A stretch of 59,753 nt of DNA from the UHGV virus genome UHGV-0209512, one strand, 5' to 3'. The number at the start of each line of letters is the position of its first letter. Position 1 is the first letter of the stretch. The notes beneath the pieces are model-generated. The model did no database searches and was not told the origin of the DNA. It saw only the letters and a program-made list of their open reading frames with translations. Below, one piece after another: positions 1 to 9,263 of the stretch. The translations under genes and the position numbers were made by a program. The stretch is from a virus.

Positions 1-6
1 TTGATA

Positions 7-810
7 TTACAAGCCGTTCAGGGCTTCCGGTACTGGTACAGGTACGCGACCAGTCACACCATTAAATTTCTTCCAGCGTGCATACTGGGTCTTAACAGTA
101 TCTTCGTTCAGACCGTGACGACCAGCCAGGTTCAGAACATAAGAGATCGGGGCAGGCTGACCCAGCGTAGCGCTAATCTGGTCCATCAGAGCCCAGGCAC
201 GACCGCAGGAAGTTTCCGGTTGTGGACGACGAACACCGTTCTGTTCCGGCATACGATTAGCTTCTTTTTCTTTCTCGCGGAGCTCTTTAGCGCGCGCTTT
301 TTCCGCTTCTTTTTCTGCCTGTTTTGCAGCACGGATCTTGTCTTTGAAGCCTTTAATAGTAGCTTCCAGACCATCCACCAGACCCTGAGCAGAAGTTACA
401 GCACCAGACAGGTCTTCACCTTTAGACTTCTTAACGACAGCTTTCAGCTCTTTCAGAGCTTCTTTAATGGTCTTCAGGTTTGCAGATCCCTGAGTTTCTG
501 CTTCCGTGATCTGTTCAACAGTGCTTTCGTCGGTGACGGTAGCCAAAGAGTTTTTCAGAATTTCAGCAGCGTTAGCAATCGCATTAAATTTGTTTTCCGC
601 TTCAATGCGGATTTCAGCTTGTTTCTTTTCAGCGGCAGCTTTTTTCTCTGCTTCTTTTTTCTCTTTTGCTACGCGTGCAGCTTCAGCAGCAGCGGCTTTC
701 TTAGCTTCTGCATCATTCACAGTAGCTTCTTTCTTTGCAGGTTTAGCAGATTTTGCAGCGGCAGCAGCGGCAGCAGCGGCAGCGGCTTTTTTATCTTCAA
801 TGTTGCTCAT
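7..810 (-). CDS. Hypothetical protein with Ala/Lys/Glu-rich low-complexity N-terminal half and a C-terminal putative DNA-binding module
   Basis: ORF 7..819 trimmed to ATG at 808-810 preceded by GGAG; stop TAA at 7-9. Poly-Ala run encoded by a GCN repeat near 740-790. The last ~60 aa resemble the C-terminus of the 16228..16842 product. Confidence 0.55.
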   Translation of the reverse strand: MSNIEDKKAAAAAAAAAAAKSAKPAKKEATVNDAEAKKAAAAEAARVAKEKKEAEKKAAAEKKQAEIRIEAENKFNAIANAAEILKNSLATVTDESTVEQITEAETQGSANLKTIKEALKELKAVVKKSKGEDLSGAVTSAQGLVDGLEATIKGFKDKIRAAKQAEKEAEKARAKELREKEKEANRMPEQNGVRRPQPETSCGRAWALMDQISATLGQPAPISYVLNLAGRHGLNEDTVKTQYARWKKFNGVTGRVPVPVPEALNGL

Positions 811-937
811 TCTCTTCACTCCGAATTGTTATGGGTTCGTTTGTTACCAACGGGGTTAAATGTACCAAAGGATTTTGTGACACGCAACCCCTTATCTGAA
901 CATTTTTAAAAATATTTTTGATCAAGCTTAGAACTTA

Positions 938-1432
938 CTAGCTCTTTGCCCCTCTACCCGGCGTCCATGCAGCTTGCAATGCGGGTTGCTCACAAACGAC
1001 CCTGGCACCGGAAATAATACCACCCTCCCGTTCAGCATTGTATTTGACACGGGCAGGTTTCCAAAGTCCTTCATCCATTGACGGAACGTATTGCCCAATT
1101 TGAGGTGAGCAAAAGCCTTGGATATCGTATTCCACACAGAATTCGGCTTGTTCGCTGATTTGGGCGTGATCCAGGATTGTTTCTGGAAGTTGCGTAAAGT
1201 AATCAAACAAAATGCGCTCAACGATTTCCCGTTCATAAGGTGCAGCTCCTAAATTTTCTGTCAAGTTAATATAAAGCATTTGAAGATCAACATCTTCAAG
1301 ATCGTGTAAATCGTCTACTGGTGTTACCAGTGTTGACTCAGGGCAACAAATAATTCCAAGTTGGTGTAGTGTTAGCCAATTGGGATGCTTTGCCAAGAGT
1401 TCAAATTTATCTGTATCAATCAGGACGTACAT
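938..1432 (-). CDS. Hypothetical protein (164 aa)
   Basis: Intact ORF co-oriented with the replication operon; no motif recognised. Confidence 0.5.
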   Translation of the reverse strand: MYVLIDTDKFELLAKHPNWLTLHQLGIICCPESTLVTPVDDLHDLEDVDLQMLYINLTENLGAAPYEREIVERILFDYFTQLPETILDHAQISEQAEFCVEYDIQGFCSPQIGQYVPSMDEGLWKPARVKYNAEREGGIISGARVVCEQPALQAAWTPGRGAKS

Positions 1433-1491
1433 TGCAATCCCCTATAAATAAGTAATACCCCAATAGTAGGGGCATTAGATGTTGAAGTCAA

Positions 1492-3474
1492 TTAGAACGG
1501 AACGTAATCCGGATCATCTACTTGTACAGGATTAACCACATTGTTCACTGTTATACCTTGCGTATTCTGCGAAACAATATCATCCCAGCTCACATCATCA
1601 TTATAGCTTGGACCTTCTGTTGTTCCATCCTGCCCGTATACTTTAACCTGAATAGCTTCGTCGTCCTGTGGTGTTTCAAACTTACCGAAACACGTACCAT
1701 CATAATCATAGTTCAATATCTCAGGCCATTTCTTATTGGTATGAACTTTGATGTATTTCGGTGTTTTAAGCATTGCAGCAACATCAAGAGCTTCTTCAAT
1801 AGTTTGTGGTAAAGGAAGATGCGTCCTTTTCTTCCACCATGCAACCGCTTTACGACCTGCCCAGTCACCATGAAGCAGAGCTACCCATTCGCTGAATATT
1901 TTACTACCGCAATAATAAGTCACCTTCATTGTTGGAGGTTTAGAGCTGTCATTGCGTTTAGTGTGCTTCGCATAAGTAACATGCGTAACTTTAAAGTCTT
2001 CAACTACCGGAATGTCCTGCTTGATTAATGCTTCGGTACTTGCTGCCTTTTTAAGTTTTGTCTGGAACTTAAACTCATGACCGCAAAATCCTTCTTTAAC
2101 ATAATCCGTTCCACGTAGTCTGAATCCCTTCAAATACAATTGTTGAACTTGTTCCTGTGTAACGCTATCCATAGGAATTGGTGCAAAGCCACCGCAATAG
2201 CGAGCAGATGCATGATTATACGACCCGCACACATCGCATTCTTTAACCGGAGCAGTACCAGCACCTTTTTCGCCCGGGCGCTTAGGTTTAACAGGGTCGT
2301 TAATAGGCCCCAAACGGCGCGTATTACCGCTGAAATCCAGTACAAGGCAGTTCTGCTTAGGGCTTGCTGCAATAGCTTGCAAGCGGCCTTCCTGCGTGGA
2401 AAGATCAAAACCCTCCGCGTACACCGGACGCGTACCGCGACCTAACATCTGGACCCATAGCACCGCCGACGCAGTGGGGCGGAGCATGATAATTAGATCG
2501 AGCATTGGATGGTCGAAACCTGTGGTTAAGACGTTGTTGTTCGTTAACGCTCGAAACTCTCCCCGCTTGAACTTTTCAATAATTTCATCACGCTCTTTTG
2601 CATCAAGCTTTGAGTGAATACATCCGCAGCTAATACCCATATCGTTCAGCATATCACACGCATCTTTAGCGTGTTCAATACCAGAACAAAATATAAGCCA
2701 GCTTTGACGGTCTTCACCACATTCAATTGCTTCCTCAAGTGCGCGGAGTGTTGCGTCGTCGCGGTTCACCGCACTTTGCAGCTCACTTTGAATAAACTCA
2801 CCACCGCGTTTACCTACCCCGTTGAGGTCCAGTTCCATCTTTGTACGCTTTGGCACAACCGGAAGCAAATAACCTTGCTCCAGGAACCAGTTAAAGGCTT
2901 CAGGGGTAGTCGCATCAAACGTTACTTTATCAAATAAAGCATCATCATCTTCGTTTTCCTTAACAATTGAGCCGTAACCCAGTCGATAAGGTGTAGCGGT
3001 AAGACCGATAATTTTTAAATACGGGTTAACTTCACGCAATGCTGCAAAGAACTTCTTATACATTGTTGCATCACGCGGACTAATAAGGTGCGCTTCATCC
3101 ACAAAGATTAGATCAACCTTGCCGAACTTTTTAGGATGCTTAGCAACAGATGCAATCCCCGCAAATGTGATAAGATTATAGACTTCTTTACGCTTCAAAC
3201 CTGCGCTGTAAATACCTGCTGGCGCTTCAGGCCAGACTTTCATTAATTTATCATAGTTTTGTGCAATTAACTCTTTGACGTGAGTTAACATCATTACGCG
3301 CTGGTTTGGATACCATTTATAAAGCAGATCGAGGAACCCCGCGATAACGAGCGATTTTCCTGTCCCTGTTGGTAACAGGATCAAAGGGTTCCCCGCGTTA
3401 CCCTTTTCAGCATCAAAATAGCGGAATACGCTATAAACTGCTTCCTGTTGATAATCGCGGAGCTGCATAATCAA
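1492..3474 (-). CDS. Superfamily 2 DEAH-box helicase with C-terminal extension
   Basis: Walker A-like LLPTGTGKS, DEAH box in IFVDEAHLIS, TAT-like motif in GLTATPYR; C-terminal Cys cluster CDVCGSYNHASARYC. Confidence 0.75.
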   Translation of the reverse strand: MIMQLRDYQQEAVYSVFRYFDAEKGNAGNPLILLPTGTGKSLVIAGFLDLLYKWYPNQRVMMLTHVKELIAQNYDKLMKVWPEAPAGIYSAGLKRKEVYNLITFAGIASVAKHPKKFGKVDLIFVDEAHLISPRDATMYKKFFAALREVNPYLKIIGLTATPYRLGYGSIVKENEDDDALFDKVTFDATTPEAFNWFLEQGYLLPVVPKRTKMELDLNGVGKRGGEFIQSELQSAVNRDDATLRALEEAIECGEDRQSWLIFCSGIEHAKDACDMLNDMGISCGCIHSKLDAKERDEIIEKFKRGEFRALTNNNVLTTGFDHPMLDLIIMLRPTASAVLWVQMLGRGTRPVYAEGFDLSTQEGRLQAIAASPKQNCLVLDFSGNTRRLGPINDPVKPKRPGEKGAGTAPVKECDVCGSYNHASARYCGGFAPIPMDSVTQEQVQQLYLKGFRLRGTDYVKEGFCGHEFKFQTKLKKAASTEALIKQDIPVVEDFKVTHVTYAKHTKRNDSSKPPTMKVTYYCGSKIFSEWVALLHGDWAGRKAVAWWKKRTHLPLPQTIEEALDVAAMLKTPKYIKVHTNKKWPEILNYDYDGTCFGKFETPQDDEAIQVKVYGQDGTTEGPSYNDDVSWDDIVSQNTQGITVNNVVNPVQVDDPDYVPF

Positions 3475-4379
3475 TCTTTCCCGTAATAGTTAGCTACTTG
3501 ATAGTTTTGACAACCAACTTTTTGACCCTGCGTGTCCACTGACGCGGAATGAAAATTGCAATACCATGTTCCATCATCTTTTGGCTCAAGAAATTGACAT
3601 GTGCGACAGTTTACTTCCGGCATAGTTTTACGCCAGCACAATGAGGAGTGGTCGCACCATTTGCATTCGAAGAATGTAGAGTCTTTAAAAGCACGGTCAG
3701 GAATATCCGTAGCAATAGCAATCTGCACACCACGATCAATATACATGTCCGCAGTGACCGGATCAAATGGAATAATTTCTGCGTAAACTTCATCATCGTT
3801 CTTGTTTACAGCAAGATATAACGCTGCGCCAAGTCCAAGCTTTCGCATGTACACGTTCATCTGCACATAGTGCTCAGGTTTAGCTTCTTTAACACCTTTA
3901 GCTTTCAGCTTCTTGAAAGACTTATCGTTGTGGGTCTTCATCTCAGTAAGCACAGGCATCCCAGGCTGAACGTCCGGACAACCTATGACCACACCATCGC
4001 AGGAACCGCCAAAGTGTCCGCCAGCTTCGCTGATACGGAACTGGTGTCCGTTTTCATCCTGCTGGTAGACCTGCATACCTGCCGCAAGAAGCATAGCAAT
4101 GAAACGCGCTTCTTCCAGATGTCCGCGGTTAAATAAGCGGAGCTGGCGTCCATCAAACTCTTTACGCGTAGCCCAGCGATATCCGTAGAACAGCTTGCGA
4201 GCACATTGCTGTCCAATAAGGGAAGCGCCTAAGTGACTGCGATTTCCGCTTTCAGGACGATATGCATCTTCAATTGTGGGAATGACTACGCCAAGATATT
4301 TACGGTAAGTCCCACCCTGATCTTTTTGCACACCGTCATTAATCGCTTGAAGTGTTTTTTCTGCAATATAAATAGCCAT
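3471..4379 (-). CDS. Cas4-like / RecB-family PD-(D/E)xK exonuclease with Fe-S type cysteine motif
   Basis: Asp in GSCDGVV and E-x-K in TEMKTH; C-terminal C-x2-C-x5-C (CKWCDHSSLC) plus an N-terminal Cys; sits in the recombination module next to SSB and Sak4-like genes. Confidence 0.65.
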   Translation of the reverse strand: MAIYIAEKTLQAINDGVQKDQGGTYRKYLGVVIPTIEDAYRPESGNRSHLGASLIGQQCARKLFYGYRWATRKEFDGRQLRLFNRGHLEEARFIAMLLAAGMQVYQQDENGHQFRISEAGGHFGGSCDGVVIGCPDVQPGMPVLTEMKTHNDKSFKKLKAKGVKEAKPEHYVQMNVYMRKLGLGAALYLAVNKNDDEVYAEIIPFDPVTADMYIDRGVQIAIATDIPDRAFKDSTFFECKWCDHSSLCWRKTMPEVNCRTCQFLEPKDDGTWYCNFHSASVDTQGQKVGCQNYQVANYYGKD

Positions 4380-4444
4380 TGGAATACCTTAGAAAAATAA
4401 GCCGTCTTTCGACGGCTTATGGACACTACAGAGGGAGGGTTAAC

Positions 4445-5329
4445 TTACTGCTGCCACGGCGGGACTGCTGCTTGTGCCGGATGCGGTTCAGCTTGCTGCT
4501 GCGGCTGAGCTTGCTGCTGAGGTGCTGCTACCTGGCCCGGCTGTGCTACCTGCTGCGCCCACGGCTGCTGAGCTGCTTCCGGTGCTACTGGCTGTTGTAC
4601 CGGAGCTTGCTGCACTGGCTGCTGTGGTGCTGCGTTTTGAGCAGGATTATCCCACGGCTGCGGTGCGGCATTCTGCCACGGTTGTGCTGCTGCGCCCTGC
4701 TGTGGTGCTGGTTGCTGCACAGGCTGCTGAACTGGTTGCTGTTGCTGCACCGGAGCTTGCTGCTGTACAGGTGCTTGCTGTTGTTGTGCAAACGGGTTAG
4801 CTGCTGGTTGCTGAGGTGCTGCGCCCGGGAAAGCTGGCTGCTGTGCTGGCGCACCTGCACCGAACGGGTTAGCTACTGCCGCTTGAGCACCCATTGCTGG
4901 AGCACCTGCTTCTTTTTCTGCATACTTAACCGGATCGTTGATGTTAGCATAACCGTTAGGCTCGTTGCTGTCTTCATAACCTTCCTGAGAACGAACTTTC
5001 AGACGCAGGTTCAGCGGAATGTTATGCAGTTGAGCAGGAGTATCCCAGCGAATTACGCCAACCGCGTGGGAAAGCGCGCCCAGTTGCTCGTATGCGATAC
5101 GCACAGTGTCTTCGTTGTCGTTAATAACGTTGTAACGAGCGAAAATTTTACGACCTTTAGCAAAACCGTCAATGATACTGAACGTTACCTGGATTGCCAT
5201 ACCGCCATTTTTGGTCGGTTTAAATTCAGATTCTTGAATTACTGCTTTATACCAACCTTTCGGCAATGCGCCGTAAGAAGGTGCTTGATAGCTGCTCGCG
5301 TCAAAGTGGAAATTAGTTGGCATAGTCAT
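4445..5329 (-). CDS. Putative ssDNA-binding protein (DUF669-like N-terminal domain) with ~160-aa Gln/Pro/Ala-rich tail
   Basis: Globular N-terminal ~135 aa followed by a tail of PVQQ/AQQP-type repeats; position between Sak4-like ATPase and exonuclease. Family assignment is from recall. Confidence 0.45.
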   Translation of the reverse strand: MTMPTNFHFDASSYQAPSYGALPKGWYKAVIQESEFKPTKNGGMAIQVTFSIIDGFAKGRKIFARYNVINDNEDTVRIAYEQLGALSHAVGVIRWDTPAQLHNIPLNLRLKVRSQEGYEDSNEPNGYANINDPVKYAEKEAGAPAMGAQAAVANPFGAGAPAQQPAFPGAAPQQPAANPFAQQQQAPVQQQAPVQQQQPVQQPVQQPAPQQGAAAQPWQNAAPQPWDNPAQNAAPQQPVQQAPVQQPVAPEAAQQPWAQQVAQPGQVAAPQQQAQPQQQAEPHPAQAAVPPWQQ

Positions 5330-6057
5330 TAGTTGATACCTTTCATTTTGTTGATAACAGAACCTAAGTGTGGGACTTCAACCGCATCTAAACGTCCCGA
5401 ACGATCCTTAGCGATTGTATTAAAGTCCGGTTGAGTTTGCAAGTAACGATACGAGTTACCTTGCTGATCCTTATTTACATTCAGACGAAACACTTCGTCG
5501 AAGAAGTAAGGGAGCATTTGCCCCAATTTGGACCCAGGCATAGATGGAGCATACGCGGTAACACCGGAGACTTCATCTTTGTCTTTACCCATTTTAGCAG
5601 ACATGTAAACATGTTTGCCAGGAATATCGCGAAACTTACGGATCAGATCTTGCATCTTTTCAAGCAAAGTACCATAAGCTTGACGAGGATCTTTCGTTCC
5701 CTTTTTCGCGTTGTTTAAACATTGTTCAGCGATTTCGCTCAAGCTGTCAAGCGCAATAGAATCGAAATACTGCTGGTTAGCTGGAGTTACACACCACTGA
5801 TAAGCAGCTTCAACGTCCTCCAGACATTTAACTTCGATAACAGGAATGTCATAAACGATCGGTAATCCCATGTTACCATAAACGCGATTAAGGTTTTCCG
5901 CTGCAATAGATAACAGACCGGACTCTGCGCTGATCAAAATTGGTTTAGGCAGTGTGGCTACAAGGCTGGTTTTACCCATACCTGCTTCACCGTAAACCAG
6001 AATTTTAACGCCTGTGTCTTGCACTACTTGTGAAGACATTTTAATTTCAATGGCCAT
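5329..6057 (-). CDS. Sak4-like RecA-fold ATPase (phage recombination protein)
   Basis: Walker A in ILVYGEAGMGKTS; ~240 aa; AGAGAGG RBS; typical partner of SSB and Cas4-like nuclease. Confidence 0.6.
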   Translation of the reverse strand: MAIEIKMSSQVVQDTGVKILVYGEAGMGKTSLVATLPKPILISAESGLLSIAAENLNRVYGNMGLPIVYDIPVIEVKCLEDVEAAYQWCVTPANQQYFDSIALDSLSEIAEQCLNNAKKGTKDPRQAYGTLLEKMQDLIRKFRDIPGKHVYMSAKMGKDKDEVSGVTAYAPSMPGSKLGQMLPYFFDEVFRLNVNKDQQGNSYRYLQTQPDFNTIAKDRSGRLDAVEVPHLGSVINKMKGIN

Positions 6058-6122
6058 TTAACGCCTCTCTTTTAAGTTCGCGCTCATTGTAACGTAATAT
6101 ACTTTGAACCCTCAATTACTTT

Positions 6123-7049
6123 TTAATCTAAAGCCTGATCACTTTCATCGCGGAAATGCATAAAGTTTGCAAAACGCGGTTTATCTTTCACGCCATGAGG
6201 AAAGTGTTTATATGAAATAGTCCGACCTTTAATTTTGTCAGGGTTATTCCAATAATAAATCTTATCCTCTTGCGTTAGTTTACCAGGACTAACGTTGATT
6301 GTATTGCCCGTCTTAACGTCTTTACAAACCAACGTCCCGATCATACCGTTAGGAACTTTATTTTCCTGATGTGAAGATCGTGTAGTCCTGCCCAGCTCGT
6401 TAACAGTAGCTTCATTAAGGTTAGTTTCACCCTCAATAATATCAAGGACAATAGCGTCTTCCTGAATAAAGCGTTTAATACGAAGATATCCACCTTCACG
6501 AACTGTGCCGCGCCCATGTTTATAAGGCTTGTCAGGATCACGGATAATAATACCTTCATAGCCCATATCAAGCCAGATGTTTTCCCAGTAGAGCAGCTCT
6601 TGTAAAGACTTAACCACATGCATCTCTACCACTTTCAGGTCGAACAATTCACCCTTCGCGTGCTGTGTGGTTATAAAGTCTTTCATCATGTTGTAGCGAG
6701 CTTCATAGCCCAGCTCTGCTACACTTTCCGCACACAGATCAAAGATGTGCCATATTAGCAACGGCTCACCTTCAATTGTATTTACCGCACTGGTTGTTTT
6801 ACGACACAGGTCCGGATCTGTTTCCAACCCTGCCGCAAGTTCACCGTCATAGCCCATGTACTGCGGACCGCTGAAAATTGCGCTTGTATGGCGGTTTTTA
6901 AACAGCTTTAAGCTGCGCCCTACTATTTGCCCATCCGGATTTAAACCGCGCACACCGTCGATTTTAGGCAGTATGCAGCACGGAAACTTAATCTTTTCTT
7001 CAACCGCGTCAGTCGCTAAATGTGGTTTGAATGCCATTGTCAACCTCAT
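6123..7049 (-). CDS. ATP-dependent DNA ligase
   Basis: Adenylation motif KIDG in LPKIDGVRGL; ATGA overlap with upstream stop at 7046-7049. Alternative start at ATG 7035-7037 with a GAGG RBS. Confidence 0.7.
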   Translation of the reverse strand: MRLTMAFKPHLATDAVEEKIKFPCCILPKIDGVRGLNPDGQIVGRSLKLFKNRHTSAIFSGPQYMGYDGELAAGLETDPDLCRKTTSAVNTIEGEPLLIWHIFDLCAESVAELGYEARYNMMKDFITTQHAKGELFDLKVVEMHVVKSLQELLYWENIWLDMGYEGIIIRDPDKPYKHGRGTVREGGYLRIKRFIQEDAIVLDIIEGETNLNEATVNELGRTTRSSHQENKVPNGMIGTLVCKDVKTGNTINVSPGKLTQEDKIYYWNNPDKIKGRTISYKHFPHGVKDKPRFANFMHFRDESDQALD

Positions 7050-7669
7050 TCATAATAATCATGTTGATGGGAACTGCTGCGTATACCGCAACGTTCTAAA
7101 AGTATTGCAGCTTTTTGAGCTTTCTCTTTCATACGGGTATTACGGCGTAAATGTCCGCTACCCTTTTTAGGTCTATTTTCCTTTTTCTTTGCTTCGGAAA
7201 TAAGCTCTTTGCATTCCTGCAAACGGATCTTACTTCTTTCCAATCGCATAGCAGAACGCGCACGTTCATCGCAAAATCTTTGGGCTTTGCTACGCTGGTC
7301 CTGATTACTTGTATGACCTTTAACGTGGCGAAACTCAATAGTAAGGTTATATTTACGAAGTTGATCGTTCAACCATTTGAAAGCTGTACCTTCCTGTTCG
7401 CTTTTCCAGCTTGCCTCTTTATACACTTTAATAGCAGTTGAACAATCTGTTTGCACAATTAAATGATCACCCGATTGAATTAAATTAGCTTTCAATCCTT
7501 CCCAAATGACATTACAAATTGCCATTGTTTCAGCTGCATTGTTATCCGGAGCACCGCGTAATGGGCCACCATTAGCATTATTTCCACGGTTACAGACTAC
7601 CCATCCACCATATCCCGCGGCTTTTGTATTTGGGCAAAAACTTGCATCAGAAATAATTGTTACTCTCAT
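7046..7669 (-). CDS. RNase H-like nuclease with basic C-terminal tail
   Basis: RNase H-fold acidic residue pattern (SDASF, ETMAI, QTDC, HVKGH) by eye; Lys/Arg-rich C-terminus. Confidence 0.5.
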   Translation of the reverse strand: MRVTIISDASFCPNTKAAGYGGWVVCNRGNNANGGPLRGAPDNNAAETMAICNVIWEGLKANLIQSGDHLIVQTDCSTAIKVYKEASWKSEQEGTAFKWLNDQLRKYNLTIEFRHVKGHTSNQDQRSKAQRFCDERARSAMRLERSKIRLQECKELISEAKKKENRPKKGSGHLRRNTRMKEKAQKAAILLERCGIRSSSHQHDYYE

Positions 7670-7687
7670 TGTTTTTCCTTAATAAAC

Positions 7688-7707
7688 AGGGGGTCGAAAG
7701 ACCCCCT
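7688..7707 (-). terminator. Stem-loop AGGGGGTC-GAAA-GACCCCCT inside the leftward operon
   Basis: Perfect 8-bp stem with GAAA loop; on the minus strand followed by GUUUAUU. Possible attenuator or RNA-stabilising hairpin. Confidence 0.4.
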
Positions 7708-7713
7708 TGTAAG

Positions 7714-7944
7714 TTATGCAGGAATAGATTCTTCCGGTTCTTCAGGGATTACGATTTCAATCTCTTCTTCATTTTGGAAGGTTAGACGGAAACCATCCCC
7801 TGGGCGCCCGAAAGCAAAGGTAAGGGCTATCGTATTATCCTGCTCGTAATGACAGATACTTTCTACTTTCATTTCGTTACCGTAAAAGTCACGGTAAATC
7901 ATTCCAGGAAGCGCATCGGTCGCTTTGATCTTTCTTACAGCCAT
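7714..7944 (-). CDS. Hypothetical protein (76 aa)
   Basis: ORF with GGGGGAA RBS; acidic C-terminus. Confidence 0.45.
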   Translation of the reverse strand: MAVRKIKATDALPGMIYRDFYGNEMKVESICHYEQDNTIALTFAFGRPGDGFRLTFQNEEEIEIVIPEEPEESIPA

Positions 7945-7955
7945 TATTCCCCCGT

Positions 7956-8747
7956 TTACAGTTTGTCTTTGAACTCTTCGATATATTTCTCAATCGGGTA
8001 CTGTTTGCGTTTGAAACGATCAAACAAAATCTTAGCAGCTTTTACCTCCTCTTTATTCTCCTTATTTGCGCCCGGTGCCATAAAGTCATGCCATGTGAAA
8101 CCGTTCAGAGTATACATGTTTGCAATGTGTTTATTGTAACGGCTTTCCCAGTCTACACGCGGACCTTCCATTGTGCGTAAGCCGCGACCAAGCACCTGTA
8201 CATATAAATCTTTCTGACGTTGTACAGCTTCGCCATTATAAGGTCCGGTTTTAAACTCAACAACACTACCGTTAAGATCTGCACCATCTGCAAAATTTTG
8301 CAACAGAGTGTCAATAACGTCATTGAATGTCGGGGCCATTACTTTACCCTGAGCAATACCTGCCAAATAACCGACATTTTCTTCACCGTACAACTCGATC
8401 AGTTCTTTCTTGGTCGCTTCTGCTTCTTTGTTTGCGGACAAAGCCAACATCTGTTGTTCGAACATGTGTTCCTGTTCCAGGAACTGGGCATAGCGCTCTT
8501 CATCCACTTTGCAGACAATCCATTTGTATTCAACATCCTTACTGAAGTCCGGATATTGATCCACTTCTACTACTTCCGTAGTAAAGAACTTGCCGTTATA
8601 TTGAATAACAACTGTATCGCCCGGCTGCAATTCGTCGCTTTCCAGGGCACGGTAGGTATAAAGACGACCACCTGCTTCAAACTTAACTTTGACAGTCACA
8701 ACACCTTTCAGCAGGGCGTGATAAGCTTTCTGAAATTCTTTACGCAT
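7956..8747 (-). CDS. Hypothetical protein (263 aa)
   Basis: Intact ORF with AGAGGA RBS; no recognisable motif. Confidence 0.55.
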   Translation of the reverse strand: MRKEFQKAYHALLKGVVTVKVKFEAGGRLYTYRALESDELQPGDTVVIQYNGKFFTTEVVEVDQYPDFSKDVEYKWIVCKVDEERYAQFLEQEHMFEQQMLALSANKEAEATKKELIELYGEENVGYLAGIAQGKVMAPTFNDVIDTLLQNFADGADLNGSVVEFKTGPYNGEAVQRQKDLYVQVLGRGLRTMEGPRVDWESRYNKHIANMYTLNGFTWHDFMAPGANKENKEEVKAAKILFDRFKRKQYPIEKYIEEFKDKL

Positions 8748-8789
8748 TTTTAGTTTCCTCTTGGGCGGTTGATCCGCCCGTTAATGTGG

Positions 8790-9200
8790 TTAAGCTTTAT
8801 TTGGAACAATTTCCAGTGACGCAGATCCAACTTTAGATTCAACGCACTGGTTGAAGACTGCGGCTTGCTCCGCTGTAAGTTTACGCCAAGCCGCGACTTT
8901 CAATACAGGTTTATTTTCCACAAGCTGATCAACGTCAACACCAACTTTAATCAGATCGCCCAGGATTCCGTTAAGGCTTGGAAGATCAATCTTACGATCA
9001 ATCTTGTGGGTCATTTTCATAACCCCGCCAGTAATCTCAACTTTATTAGTCCCCTCAGACGGCGCTGGGAAATAGGACTTAATAATCTTATCACGGAGTG
9101 CTCGCTCACGAGCTTGCAGCTTCTGCAATTCCGCTTTAGTTTTATACCACTCAATTACATCTGCTTCTGTTGCTTGTACTGCTTTATCTGCGTCGAACAT
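8790..9200 (-). CDS. Hypothetical protein (136 aa)
   Basis: ORF 8790..9260 trimmed to ATG 9198-9200 preceded by GAGGA. Confidence 0.45.
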   Translation of the reverse strand: MFDADKAVQATEADVIEWYKTKAELQKLQARERALRDKIIKSYFPAPSEGTNKVEITGGVMKMTHKIDRKIDLPSLNGILGDLIKVGVDVDQLVENKPVLKVAAWRKLTAEQAAVFNQCVESKVGSASLEIVPNKA

Positions 9201-9263
9201 TTTTCTGTCCTCTGTTGTGTTTCGATGTATGTATAGTAACACATCCATGTGCTTAAGCAAGAC

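Noticed and set aside
1-909. 302-aa plus-strand ORF in the track
   Set aside because: Antisense to the 7..810 gene; low-complexity Phe/Ser/Leu-rich mirror of the poly-Ala/Lys coding strand; no RBS.
4379-5332. 317-aa plus-strand ORF and nested ORFs (4474..4800, 4585..4860)
   Set aside because: Antisense or alternative frames of the repetitive Gln/Pro/Ala-coding tail of the SSB-like gene; Leu/Arg/Cys-rich junk composition.
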